Notes: generated by a model not told the origin, from the letters alone. 43,970 bases of DNA from Eledone cirrhosa (GCA_964016885.1 CAXHJY010000391.1:1-43970), one strand, 5' to 3'. Shown: positions 19,678 to 33,789, numbered from the stretch's first letter. Numbers and translations are program-made.

Positions 19678-19790
19678 TGTTTCTACTTTTGGCACAAGGC
19701 CAACAATTATCTCAATGCATTACTGGTACTTTATTTTATCGACCCCGTAAGGATGAAAGGCAAAGTTAACCTCGGCGAGATTTGAACTCA
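19678..19790 (-). mobile_element. 5'-truncated SINE family A with TSD
   Basis: Reverse complement of family A from B box to 3' end; CAAAAGATAAT duplicated at 19667-19677 and 19789-19799. Confidence 0.85.
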
Positions 19791-19887
19791 AAAGATAATA
19801 CCTATAACTTTGAGTTTAGGTTCTGTATGTTAGCATAACTAGTAACTGACCGGAATTTATATTATTGGGGATAGATAGATATAATAT

Positions 19888-20001
19888 ATTGATTTCTAGT
19901 ATAGGCACAAGGCCAGTAATTTGGAGGGAGAGTAATTTGAAAGTCGATTAAATCGACCCCAGTACGTTACTGATGCTTTATTCTATCGACTCCGTAAGGA
20001 T
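19888..20001 (-). mobile_element. SINE family A 3' fragment (long subtype)
   Basis: GGCACAAGGCCAG...GTCGATTAAATCGACCCCAGT...TATCGACTCCGTAAGGAT. Confidence 0.75.
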
Positions 20002-20099
20002 TATATCAAGGGGGTACCTCAGTATGGCTACAGTGTAATGACGACTGAAACCAGTAAAAAATGGTGTAGGATACAACAAAGAAGAGATAGAAAATAATA

Positions 20100-20330
20100 A
20101 AGGTAGTCACTGATGAGGTCACAGAATGTGTGACGAAGGAGAATTGACAATCAACAACGAAACATTCGTCTCTCAGACTAACCGACTGGAAGTTTATAAT
20201 AGCAAATTGAAGTGACAGTCAAGGTGCGTGTGTTTTCATTGGCAGCATGACCCTCCCAAAGTATAACAATATGTGTTTCAACACATATTTTCATAGAAGA
20301 TATCTTACAAAACAAATACAAAAATGAAGT
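20100..20330 (+). mobile_element. Diverged 3' terminus related to the PLE at 37947-42444, with hammerhead-like core
   Basis: 20247-20329 (ATGACCCTCCCAAAGTATAACAATATGTGTTTCAACAC...) resembles 42364-42444; CTGATGA-G-GTCACA-gaatg-TGTGAC-GAAG at 20110-20138; ends in TA/TG repeats. Confidence 0.6.
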
Positions 20331-20492
20331 ATATATATGTATGTGTGTGTGTGTGTCAGATTTAATATAGAAATGGCTTGTACAGGACTAGAACTGTTTG
20401 GTTCAAATGAAATCATCAGGAAAGCCTACTGTCATTGTAATACGGTGGTATTTATATATTTTCAGGTTATCCCCGCTTGAACCCGGGAATCA

Positions 20493-20544
<52 letters not shown>

Positions 20545-20555
20545 TTTTTTTTTTT

Positions 20556-20600
<45 letters not shown>

Positions 20601-21310
20601 ATTATTTTTCAATGGAGTAACTCTTATCAAAGAACTGTCTTGCTTTTTTTCCATGCGATCTTGTGTCGTATTATCTGACTAGTGTAAATTGGCAAATCAA
20701 ATGAAAAGATAATATATAAGACATTAATTAATCGGTATGTATTTTTAATTAAAAAGAAATTAAATATATAATGATTTACCATTTAGTTAACTTTATGCAA
20801 TATTCAATGAAATAAAACGGTAATCTTCAGATGTGGTTCAAGAAGATACAGATCGAAATCAGATGACGGTATTGTCCTTTGGTCTACTGGGATTAGCCGT
20901 GGAGACAACATGGCTGATGACAAAAGGGTTTCCTTTACCATTATTAGGTCCAAAATATGATCCCATTACGTGGCATCTTGAACAATCGTCGTATTAAGGC
21001 TCTACTGAATGTTTGTCTGTTTTATTCGTTTCTTGTATTAGCTATAAGTTTGATCATATAATCCCAAACTCTTTAACTATTCCTATGAAAGGAGTTGCAT
21101 TTAGTGATGCGATGAGACGAAACATTTGGTAATTCCTCATATTTTATTGAAGTAAAATTAAAGCTAATACTGAGCATATATATTAAGAAGGACGCGTTTC
21201 AGCGTAATGTGGACATTAGACATACGCCAACAAAGATTAACCCACATACTTCTCGTGGCCCTTCTTAATCAAGGTTTATTATTAATATAATTGCTGGCCT
21301 TGTGCCTAAA

Positions 21311-21525
21311 GGTGGTGGTTGGCCGTATTGGTTAAGCGCCGTACAACATGCTTTGTAGCAGAGAGTTACGACCCTTTACGTTCTGCGTTCAAATCCCGCC
21401 GAAGTTAACTTTGCCTTTCTTCTTATGGGGTCGATAAAATAAAGTACCAGTAACACACTGGGGTCGATTTAATCGACTTTCTCCTCCTCCAAAAGTGCTG
21501 GACTTGCGCTTATATAAGAAACCAT
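21311..21525 (+). mobile_element. SINE family A full-length, preceded by the 3' end of another copy (21289-21310)
   Basis: TGGCCGTATTGG, GTTCAAATCCC, TTTGCCTTTC...GGGGTCGATAAAATAAAGTACCAGT. Confidence 0.85.
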
Positions 21526-21611
21526 TATCATAATGAGACTTTCTTTTCACTACATGTGTAAATTTAATAGAATATTCTTCCTCGGTCGATCCACGGAATG
21601 AAGGAATGTTA

Positions 21612-21759
21612 GCATATTTAGTTCTCAAGCACCGTATTTAGTTCTCAGGCATATTTAGTTCTCAGGCATATTTAGTTCTCAGGCATATTTAGTTCTCAGG
21701 CATAGTTAGTTCTCAGGCATATTTAGTTCTCAGGCATATTTAGCATATTTAGTTCTCAG
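21612..21759. repeat. 17-bp minisatellite (GCATATTTAGTTCTCAG) about 8 copies
   Basis: Directly visible tandem copies. Confidence 0.95.
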
Positions 21760-22167
21760 GGCACTGTACTTAGTACTGGGTTAAGAATAAACACAGTGGT
21801 CATGACAAAGCCGGCAGCTGGTGACGAGATACGATGACAGGATAGAATTATTCAGCTTGTTTCTGTCACATTATCATCTCGATTAACGTCAAACCAATAA
21901 ACACCTCCTTCCAAACTTTCTTCTTTGCCAGCTGATCATCCTAAATTTCACAAATATCTTTAACACGTTCTGACTTACTCAAGAACGTGACGTAAGTAGC
22001 GGTAATTATCTTTAGCTATATCAGATTTCTTAGGAAATCAACACTAATATTCTTAATCCCTATCTGTGCTAAGTTTTCCTGTTTCATTCTAATGATATAA
22101 TATAAGAAACATGATGGCAGTATCGAAGAAATTGTACTTCATAGTATTGAGAAAAGAATGGTGATAC

Positions 22168-22365
22168 CAGATTTGTCAACTCTCCCCGTCCGACGAGGAG
22201 ATCTCCCCGCCCACTTTGGGGTGTGTGAGAGATGTTTTCTCTTATGAAAATGAGTAAAGCTTTCATTATGTAAGATCTCCCCACATTGCCTCATGTCTCC
22301 CCGTTTTGGGACACTTTCTTTTTCATGGTACTCGCCGTGTGGGTTTTTAGATGTTGTCAGGTTTG
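22168..22365. mobile_element. ~200-bp MITE-like element, copy 1
   Basis: Homologous to 35178-35369; imperfect TIRs CAGATTTGTCAACTCT / AGATGTTGTCAGGTTTG; no clear TSD. Confidence 0.65.
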
Positions 22366-23315
22366 CTATACTTTTCGTAGTGTTAATGATTGCAATTTTT
22401 AATCAAGAATTAATCTTTATTGATAAACACAATTCATATATAGCAATTTATATGAAAATAAAATACTATTAAAGGGGCCAAAAACCATAGAAAAAAAGAA
22501 ATCGAACGAAGAAAAAGTAACAAAAGAATTAAGATGCGAAAGAAAGGGAGAGTCGGATGGACAGACACTATATTCTAGTTTGAGTGGTGCCTCAGACGTG
22601 GACAAAATGGCAAAAGCATTACTGCGAAGAATGGCCAGAGACCTTCGAGGCAAAAGCCACCCCACTTCAATGGTCACCCTCTTCAAGCGAGCTGCCGTCT
22701 TTCCTATTTTACGGAGGAAATCAGCAGTGTGCGGGGACCAAGAACACCAGAGGTTTTCACGACGGAGACAAATACAAAGATGAAGCAGTTGATCAAGACC
22801 CTTTGTTTAAATACCTTCCTCTATTCTGCAAAAGGACAAAAGGAGTGGTATTTGAGAAGATATGAGAATATAATTAGCTTTTGATTAGAACTCTGTTATA
22901 ATGTGAATACATCAACAGTATACTTGCCAAACCATTACACTACTATTTCTTCATTGCATATTTATTATTAACATATTTACCATTTTCGTTCAAATAATTT
23001 CTAAAACATAAGGTCGTTTCTAATTTTTAATAGTTAACAGTTGACTAGAAAATTATTCATCTATGAAATGTAAATCTTACACATAATCATTTCATAAATT
23101 ATGCTCTCTATTCACATTATACGCTTTAAACTGAATATTCTTTTGAAAAATGCTTCAATGAGTTTCAAAAGAAAATGATTATGCGAAGAATGTTCATTTT
23201 ATTTAATTATTCTCTTTCATTTCAACATTGAACATATTTAAGAGGAAAAATGTAAAATTGCATTGCAACTAACTGTTGCTAGAAAAATAACTAATTTATT
23301 GTATATATTATATAT

Positions 23316-23365
<50 letters not shown>

Positions 23366-23378
23366 CATACATACATTC

Positions 23379-23409
<31 letters not shown>

Positions 23410-23429
23410 TACATATATAAATGTGTGTC

Positions 23430-23466
<37 letters not shown>

Positions 23467-23536
23467 TTACATACATATATATAAATATATACATACATAT
23501 ATACATAGTCACGAACACACACATATATATATACAT

Positions 23537-23594
<58 letters not shown>

Positions 23595-24060
23595 TCACAT
23601 ACACACACTCGCGCACGCACACACACACATACACACACACATACACACACATATCATATGTTGTGGTTTAGTTATTGTTGTCTTTCTTATATCCATTTCA
23701 ATACATTACAAATGATTTGAATGATTTAAGAGTATATAGAAGTTTTACAAAGAAACTAAAATTATAGAATTATAATTTTGATAACATATGAAGAAATATT
23801 AAATGGAGTTTTTGTGGAGATTTCTTAATTTGAAGTCTACTGAAATGTTTATATGGTAAGAAATTATAATTAACCCCCTTTAATGATCTCTTATACTTTT
23901 CACCTTTTACCTTCTCCCCGGCAGTTTGAATAAATATAATGTACCTCCTTATAATGTGATCTTATGCTTCGCTCTTTTGTCGTCTCTACCTTTCATATAA
24001 ATGCTTATGTGACTTCAGATGATATAGACTGACGACGGTTGCTCGTACATGAATCATTAT

Positions 24061-24595
24061 GGATTGGTGATATGGGTAGAGTGTAGGACAACATGCTTCG
24101 CGGCATAGAGTTACAGCCCTTTACGTTATGAGTTCAGATCTTGGCGAGGTGAGCTTTGACTTTCATCTGTATGATTGCTGGACTTGAGCGCGGACGCCTT
24201 GCTTCGTAGCACAGCGTTACGGCCCTTTACGTTCTGAGTTCAGATCTCGCCGAGGTTAGCTTTGTTTTTCATCCATATGAAAGGTGTTGATAAAATAAAG
24301 CACCAATAACGCACTGGGGTTGATTTAATCGACTTTCAACTCACCAAATATTACTGGAGTCGCGCCGGTGGATTGACAGTATCGGCAGAGCGTCGGACAC
24401 CATGATTCGTAGCATAGAGTTCATAGAGTTACGACCCTTTACGTTATGAGTTCAAATCTCGCCGAGGTTGGTTTTGCCTTTCGTCCTTACGAAGTCGATA
24501 AAATAAAGCACCAGTAACGCGCTGAGTTTGATTTAATCGATTGTTACCTCTCCCCAACCTGATGGTCTTGATCCTACTATAGTAGAAATAATTAT
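24061..24595 (+). mobile_element. Three head-to-tail SINE family A copies
   Basis: B-box/central domain repeated at ~24130, ~24237 and ~24449 (GAGTTCA.ATCT.G.CGAGGT). Confidence 0.8.
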
Positions 24596-26291
24596 TTTTG
24601 TTGCTACAGCTCTCACATATGCAGGCATATCTGGTCTAATACGTAGTTGAATTTCATAGAAGGTTTTATATTAATAGGTGCTTCAGTTCTATCATGACAA
24701 ATGTCCTCCTCTATCGGACGCCTGTCCGTTGGAGGTCTTAAAACCAGTTACTTCTAGAAGACTAGAGCAATGTGAAATGAAACGTCTCGTTCAAGAAGGC
24801 AAGACACTCTACATTCCAGAAATCGAACCCTTTATCTCATGATGGCTTAACCACAATGTTACGTGTTTTTGTTTTGTTTTTTTTTCTTTTCAAATGTAGC
24901 TTATATGTGAAAAATGTTTTCACTTTGAATGATAAGTTTAATAGTTAAAAAAAAATATTATTTCGTGTGTCAGCTATTTCACAAGCTGATACTTAGCCAA
25001 CATCGAATACAAGTGAGTGATTAACTGACTGTGAAACAAGAAAATCTTGCTAAGTGATTCCTTCTAGCATATGCTGCAGACTCGTTCACTATTTTGCATA
25101 TTAAATATTGTTTTGTTCATTGTGTTTCAATGTATAAGGAATACGAATTGTACTCATCAACTTCAGTGACATTTAGGCTATCAACCTCATGTATACATTT
25201 ACATAGTGTGCTGTATTTATCAGAGTGTTGCTGTGTGTGTATGTGCAGTTTTGTTCGCGGCATATGTGTATCAGTGACTGCTTAGCTAAGTATGTTTATA
25301 TGTAAGTTTGTATGTACATATGCATGTACATATGTATGTACATATGTATGTACATATGTATGTATGTATGTAAGTTTGCATGTACATAAGTATGCATGTA
25401 TGTATGTATGCATATACCTACGTTTATATGTAAGTATGAATTATGTACGTATGTATGTACGTATGTATGTATGCATATACTACGTATATATGCATGTATC
25501 TACATATATATATATGTATGTAAGTATGAATGAATGTATGTATGTGTCTGTGAATATATATGAATATATGTGTATCTGAATGTGTCTTTGAATGTGTCTA
25601 TATTTCCAGAATGATTATATGCACACGTATGAGCTTATAGATATCGTATATTCAATTTAACATTGAATATGTATCTAAAGTTGAAAAGTGCATGGGTGAT
25701 TGGGGCCAGAAACATTTCACCATCTGCTTCTGACAAACGAATAATTAGGACAGAACGCAGACATAGCTGAATAGTTAAAACGTTCGCTTAGAAACCATAA
25801 TGTTCCGATTCAATCCCACTAAGCAGTGTGTCGGGTCTTACCAACATCCATAGAAGAGACAATATTCTAAAGGAGAGAAATAGTGGTTTCTTTATTGGCT
25901 ACAAGAAAAACGTTACAAAACGGTACAGGACGATACGAAGTGGGTTTTGGTCGTGTAAAAAGGTTATATCAAGAAAATATCAATGTGTAAAAACATATTA
26001 AATATTAAAACAAGAACAGTTCCACAATAGGGGGGAAAACTCCGAGGGTCACTCGTGGCGAAAGGCGGAGAAATAATGAGAATGTTAGTTATATAATTAA
26101 AAACCTACAGATTTTTCCTTAATTTCGAAATAATATGAACTTGAAAGGGAGCATCTTTTATTAAACACCATACATATTTGTCAGGCTAAACAAAATGATA
26201 TATTATATCCCTAAAACAAGATAATGAGAAAGCTAGATATATCAATAAATTCCTCAGCATTATTTTCAACTATTTTCAGAAGAAATCTCCT

Positions 26292-26490
26292 GGTGGATTG
26301 GCAGTATCGGTAGAGCATCGGACACCGTTTCGTGGCATATCCCTACGGTCCTATACGTTCTGAATTCAAATACTGCCGAGGTTAACTCTGCCTTTCATCC
26401 TTACGGGGTCGATAAGTTAAGACTCCAGTAATGGACTGGGGTCGATTAGTTCGACCTCCTCTCCCCTAAAATCCCTAAATCAGAAAACAT
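26292..26490 (+). mobile_element. SINE family A (long subtype)
   Basis: GGTGGATTGGCAGTATCGGTAGAGC...TTCAAATACTGCCGAGGTTAACTCTGCCTTTCATCC; flanked by an imperfect ~33-bp direct repeat (26258-26290 / 26488-26522). Confidence 0.85.
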
Positions 26491-26669
26491 TATTTTGAAT
26501 TATTTTTAGAAAAAAATATCCCCACCTCTTTCCTCGTGCGGAGTTTCGGCCCTTAGCAACATATAACTTTAGGCCAAATATTTATACGTCATGTCCTGAA
26601 CAGCAGATAGATAACGAGAAAGTTCGATATATCACTAAATTCCTAAACATTATTTTCAATTATATTTGA

Positions 26670-26810
26670 CGCATAGAGTTACGGCCCTTGCCATTCTGAG
26701 TTCAAATCCCGTCGAGATTAACTTTGCCTTTCATCCTTACTGGGTCGATAAAATAAAGTACCAGTAATGCACTGAGTAATTGCTGGCCTTGTGCCAAAAT
26801 GAAAAACAAT
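26670..26810 (+). mobile_element. 5'-truncated SINE family A (short subtype) with 19-bp TSD
   Basis: ATTATTTTCAATTATATTT at 26649-26667 and 26809-26827. Confidence 0.85.
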
Positions 26811-27600
26811 TATTTTCAATTATATTTTTAGAAAAAATCTCTCTCAAGCTGTGTTACAGCCCTATTTTTAGGCTAAAACAATGGCAAACAATACCCCTAC
26901 CTAACGCCAGATAAATAACGAGGAATTTCGATATATCACCAAACTACTCGACATTATTGATTCTTTTCAATCATTATCATTACATGTTTTGTTGTTTTTA
27001 TTACTATCATAAACCATATATATAAACAGCGGTGCAAAAATATGGTACAACAAGCGTTAACCTTACATAAATTAGCCACACTGAAAAATAATAAAACTAA
27101 AACACATAATCAGAATGTATCACAAGTAAGCCATCGTATAAATGTTTCAACTTAACTAAAATAAGTTAGAATGCTTGTTAAGAACGGCGTAACAATCTAG
27201 CAACAAGATGATATATGTATGCTTTAGCAACCTTTGCAGTTAGATTGTAATAAATCTTTCAACAATGACGATAAATATTTGGAGATTTTGCAAGTGAAGT
27301 AAAACCAAAAACATAAAGACACACACATACACACAGACAGACAAATATACGCATATATAATATATATATATATATATATACATTATATATAATATATATA
27401 TATATTATATATATATATATTATATATATTATATATATATATTATATATATATATATTATATATATATTATATATATATATTAAAATATAATATATATAT
27501 ATATTATATATATATTATATATATATTATATATATATTATATATATATATTATATATATATATTATATATATATTATATATATATATATATTATATATAT

Positions 27601-28329
27601 ATAGCATATACAGAGTACGAAAATAAACCTAGAAGCAATAGATCCCGTCGCATTTGTTGGTTTAACCCACCATATAATATGGAGGTGGCCACACCATTAG
27701 CTAAGATCTTTCTTTCCCTTATTACGAAGCATTTTCCCCCTACACATAAATATAGTAACATTTTTAATAGAAATACTATTAAAATTTCTTACTCTACGAC
27801 TCCTAACCTTGCACATAACATCACAGCTTCAAATTTAGCTAAACTACCTAGCCGTAGGAACACGTGCAACCCTGTGGTTAGTACTAACTGTAATTGTAGG
27901 AATCGGGCTGATTGCCCCCTATCCGGGAAATGCCTCTCTAGTAACATTGTCTACAAATGTAAGGTTGTAACACCCACGTCCCATAGGGCCTACATAGGGT
28001 TAACCGCCAATAGTTTCAAGCAGCGTCTTTACATGCATACCCATTCTTTTCGCTACCCTCTAAGAAGGAATATGACGTCACTTTCAGCTTATATCTGGAG
28101 TCTAAAAGATAACCACACCCAATATAAGTTACACTGGGAGATCCTAGCTAAGGCTAGATCGTATAACGGAAATAAAAGACCATGTGACCTCTGCGCCGCT
28201 GAGGCCCTGGAAATACTCTACGCCACAGACCACATCGTAAACAAAAAATCTGAGGCAATTTCGGCTTGTAAACATAAATTGCACAAAACTTTCCTGTATT
28301 ACAGCCCCACGTTATACCCTAACGGATAG
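27601..28329 (+). CDS. PLE C-terminal fragment: linker + Cys-rich motif + GIY-YIG endonuclease (5'-truncated, RT core missing)
   Basis: Frame is open upstream of the M at 27679 (RSRRICWFNPPYN); KHFP, IFNRNTIKISYS, CNCRNRADCPLSGKC, NIVY...AYIGLT...FKQR...H, CDLCAAE. Confidence 0.85.
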   Translation: MAYTEYENKPRSNRSRRICWFNPPYNMEVATPLAKIFLSLITKHFPPTHKYSNIFNRNTIKISYSTTPNLAHNITASNLAKLPSRRNTCNPVVSTNCNCRNRADCPLSGKCLSSNIVYKCKVVTPTSHRAYIGLTANSFKQRLYMHTHSFRYPLRRNMTSLSAYIWSLKDNHTQYKLHWEILAKARSYNGNKRPCDLCAAEALEILYATDHIVNKKSEAISACKHKLHKTFLYYSPTLYPNG

Positions 28330-28893
28330 CACGACCTATACGTGGATATTTTACGTCTTGATGTGGGAGCTAAGTATATGTTTTGTTTATTCCTTTACTT
28401 ATTTGCATAGGTAAGTATATATTACCCGTATGTTTTGTGAAGGTATGTATACTTTCTCGTACGTATATTTGACTGTTATGGCGTATAATTTTACATAGTC
28501 TGGTATTTAGGGTTTGGCTATGTGTATACGGGAGTTTTGCGTCTGCGTGAGTATGCAGGTTCGTACGTATGGTGGGGGTGTGTATATGTGTACTTCTTGT
28601 TTTAGTTGACTTACGTCTCCGAACATTCGTGTATTTATATGTAGGTATGCGTGTGAGCTTGTTATATACGTATTTATTTACTTATATACGTTGATATAAT
28701 TATTTATTTATTTGTACACAAGCATACACACACACACACATATTTATATGTGCGTGGTTTTGTATACCTATGGTAAGGTTTTGCGTATGCTTGTGTATGT
28801 ACGTATCTGTTTGCATGTATGTATTTATTTGTTTCTATTACTTCTGTATTGTATTTATTTACTTTGTTCTTAACTCTGTAGCGGAGATTAATT

Positions 28894-29150
28894 TTAGTCT
28901 ACGACTTCTGCTATACCATTTACGTGGTTTTGTCTTTGCGTGCTATTGTTCTCCACGCTCCACATATGACTTATTATCTTCGTTTGTTCGTTCATTGCCA
29001 GAGAACGTCTCTATGCAACACCTAAGAGAACATTAGTCTACGACCTCTTTTATACCATAAACGTGGTTCTGTCTTTGCGCATAATTGTTTTTCACCGCTC
29101 CTATTAATGACGTATTATTCGTTTTTTCCCGTTCTTTTGCCAGCGAACGT
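28894..29150 (+). repeat. Diverged ~140-bp tandem duplication in the PLE 3' UTR
   Basis: TTAGTCTACGAC..CT..TATACCAT..ACGTGGTT.TGTCTTTGCG starts at ~28894 and ~29033. Confidence 0.8.
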
Positions 29151-29314
29151 TACCACGAACCAAAGTATCGTCTTCCTGTCTTCCTCCGGTTGCAACGTTT
29201 TTTGAAATATCCAGTTCTGCGTTTACAGATTGACTTTGTTAGTTTCAGAAGATCCCGTTAAGGGTGAAAGCAGCGATTCTTTGCTTAAACTTTAATCTGT
29301 TATTTTAATAAATA

Positions 29315-29509
29315 GTATATATATATATATATAGTATAGTATATATATCTATAGTATATATAGTATATATAATATATAGTATATATATATATATAGTATA
29401 TATATATATATAGTATATATATAGTATATATATATATATATAGTATATATATATATATAGTATATATATATATATATATATATAGTATATATATATATAT
29501 ATATATATA

Positions 29510-29547
<38 letters not shown>

Positions 29548-29815
29548 TATATATATATATATATATCGTATATATATATATATAGTATATACATATATAT
29601 AGTATATATATATGTATATATTATATATATGTATATATATATGTATATTATATGTATATATATATGTATATATATATGTATATATATATGTATATATATA
29701 TATATATATATGTATAATATATGTATATATATATGTATATATATATAATATATGTATATATATATGTATATATATATGTTATATATATATGTATATATAT
29801 ATGTATATATATATG

Positions 29816-29891
<76 letters not shown>

Positions 29892-29937
29892 GATATGTAT
29901 ATATATATATATGTATATATATATGTATATATATATG

Positions 29938-29968
<31 letters not shown>

Positions 29969-30075
29969 GTATATGTATATATGTATATATGTATATATGT
30001 ATATATGTATATATGTATATATATATATATGTATATGTATATATGTATATATATATATATGTATATGTATATATG

Positions 30076-30108
<33 letters not shown>

Positions 30109-30124
30109 GTATATGTTATATATG

Positions 30125-30157
<33 letters not shown>

Positions 30158-30172
30158 GTATATGTATATATG

Positions 30173-30207
<35 letters not shown>

Positions 30208-30240
30208 GTATATATGTATATATATATATATATGTAATAT

Positions 30241-30273
<33 letters not shown>

Positions 30274-30282
30274 GTATATATG

Positions 30283-30332
<50 letters not shown>

Positions 30333-31341
30333 TATAGTATATATATATATATAGTATATATATATATATATAGTATATATATATATGTATATATATATAT
30401 AGTATATATATATATGTATATATATATATAGTATATATATATATGTATATATATATATAGTATATATATATATAGTATATATATATATGATATATATATA
30501 GTATATATATATATACTATATATATATAGTATATATATATATACTATATATATATAGTATATAATATATATAGTATATATATATATACTATATATATATA
30601 GTATATATATATATAGTATATATATATATACTATATATATATACGTATATATATATATAGTATATATATATATATAGTATATATATATACTATATATATA
30701 TATAGTATAATATATATATATATATTATATATATATATATATAGTATATATATATACTATATATATATAGTATATATATATAGTATATATATATATATAG
30801 TATATTATACTATATATATATACTATATATATATACTATATATATATACTATATATATATACCATATATATATACTATATATATATACTATATATATATA
30901 CCATATATATATATACTATATATATATACCATATATATATATACTATAATATATATACTATATATATACTATGTAATATATATACTATGTATATATATAC
31001 TATATATATATACTATAATATATATACGATATATATATATATACGATATGTATATATATACTATATATATATATACGATATATATATATACGATATATAT
31101 ATATACATATATATATACTATATATATATATACTATATACATATATATATACTATATATATATATATACTATATATATATATACTATATATATATATACT
31201 ATATATATATACTATATATATATATACTATATATATATATACTATATATATATATATACTATATATATATATATACTATATATATATATATCTATAATAT
31301 ATATATATACTATATATATATATATACTATATATATATATA

Positions 31342-31385
<44 letters not shown>

Positions 31386-31981
31386 TATATATATATATTT
31401 ATACTATATATATATATATATATATATACTATATATATATATACTATATATATATATATATATATATACTATATATATATATATACTATATATATATTAT
31501 ATATATATACTATATATATATATATATACTATATATATATACTATATATATACTATGTATATATAACTATGTATATATATACTATATATATATACTATAT
31601 ATATATACTATATATATATATACGATATATATATATATACGATATGTATATATATACTATATATATATATACGATATATATATATACGATATATATATAT
31701 ATACATATATATATACTATATATATATATACTATATACATATATATATACTATATATATATATATACTATATATATATATATATACTATATATATATATA
31801 CTATATATATATATATACTATATATATATATATACTATATATATATATATATACTATATATATATATATATATATATACTATATATATATAATATACTAT
31901 ATATATATATATAATATATATACTATATATATATATACTATATATATATATATATATATATATACTATATATATATATATA

Positions 31982-32012
<31 letters not shown>

Positions 32013-33035
32013 CTATATATATATATATATACTATATATATATATATATATATATATACTATATATATATATATATATACTATATATATATATATACTAT
32101 ATATATATATATATATATACTATATATATATATATACTATATATATATATATATATATATACTATATATATATATATATATATATATACTATATATATAT
32201 ACTATATATATATACTATATATATATATATACTATATATATATACTATATATATATATACTATATATATATATATATACTATATATATATACTATATATA
32301 TATATATACTATATATATATATATATACTATATATATATATACTATATATATATACTATATATATATATATATACTATATATATATATATACTATATATA
32401 TATATATATACTATATATATATATATACTATATATATATATACTATATATATCTATATATACTATATATATCTATATATACTATATATATATATATATAC
32501 TATATATATACTATATATATCTATATATACTATATATATATATACTATATATATATATACTATATATATATATATATATACTATATATATATATATATAC
32601 TATATATATATATATACTATATATATATATATACTATATATATATATATACTATATATATATATATACTATATATATATATATATATATACTATATATAT
32701 ATATATATATATACTATATATATATATATATATACTATATATATATATATATATACTATATATATATATATATATATATATACTATATATATATATATAT
32801 ATACTATATATATATATATATACTATATATATATATATATACTATATATATATATATATACTATATATATATATATATACTATATATATATATATACTAT
32901 ATATATATATATATACTATATATATATATATATACTATATATATATATATATACTATATATATATATATATATACTATATATATATATATATATACTATA
33001 TATATATATATATATACTATATATATATATATATA

Positions 33036-33071
<36 letters not shown>

Positions 33072-33513
33072 TATATATATATATATATACTATATATATA
33101 TATATATACTATATATATATATATATATACTATATATATATATATATATACTATATATATATATATATATACTATATATATATATATATATACTATATAT
33201 ATATATACTATATATATATATACTATATATATATATACTATATATATATATACTATATATATATACTATATATATATATACTATATATATATATACTATA
33301 TATATATATACTATATATATATATACTATATATATATATACTATATATATATATACTATATATATATACTATATATATATATACTATATATATATATACT
33401 ATATATATATACTATATATATATACTATATATATATATACTATATATATATATACTATATATATATATACTATATATATATATTCTATATATATATATTC
33501 TATATATATATAC

Positions 33514-33545
<32 letters not shown>

Positions 33546-33630
33546 ACTATATATATATATATATACTATATATATATACTATATATATATATATATACTA
33601 TATATATATACTATATATATATATATAGTA
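29315..33630. repeat. ~4.3-kb interrupted (TA)n array switching from TAGTA/TATGTA to TACTA interruptions
   Basis: G-type to ~30500, mixed 30500-30810, C-type 30810-33620. Confidence 0.95.
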
Positions 33631-33789
33631 TATTACTACTACTAATAATAATACTAGTTTTGGTGTCGTTGTTGTTGCTGTTATTATTATTATTGATGTT
33701 GTTGTTGTTGTTATCAACGTAATAATGATAATGTTAACGATGATGATGATGACGGTGGTAATGGCTAAAGAAATTATCTGAAAGCAGCG

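Larger units (their letters stand above)
27601..29314 (+). mobile_element. 5'-truncated Penelope-like retrotransposon (family 2) between (TA)n arrays
   Basis: GIY-YIG ORF, ~1-kb 3' UTR, and a terminus shared with the hairpin at 11294-11442; both ends abut (TA)n. Confidence 0.85.

Noticed and set aside
21612-21759. Regular short repeats resembling a CRISPR array
   Set aside because: Contiguous 17-bp units with no unique spacers, eukaryotic context, no cas genes.
22417-22865. GC-richer segment with three overlapping short ORFs; possible exon or LINE remnant
   Set aside because: No recognisable domain or convincing splice structure; needs BLASTx/RNA-seq.
25850-26080. Possible minus-strand LINE 3' UTR (TTTATT = antisense AATAAA at ~25890)
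   Set aside because: No second copy or ORF in the window to support it.
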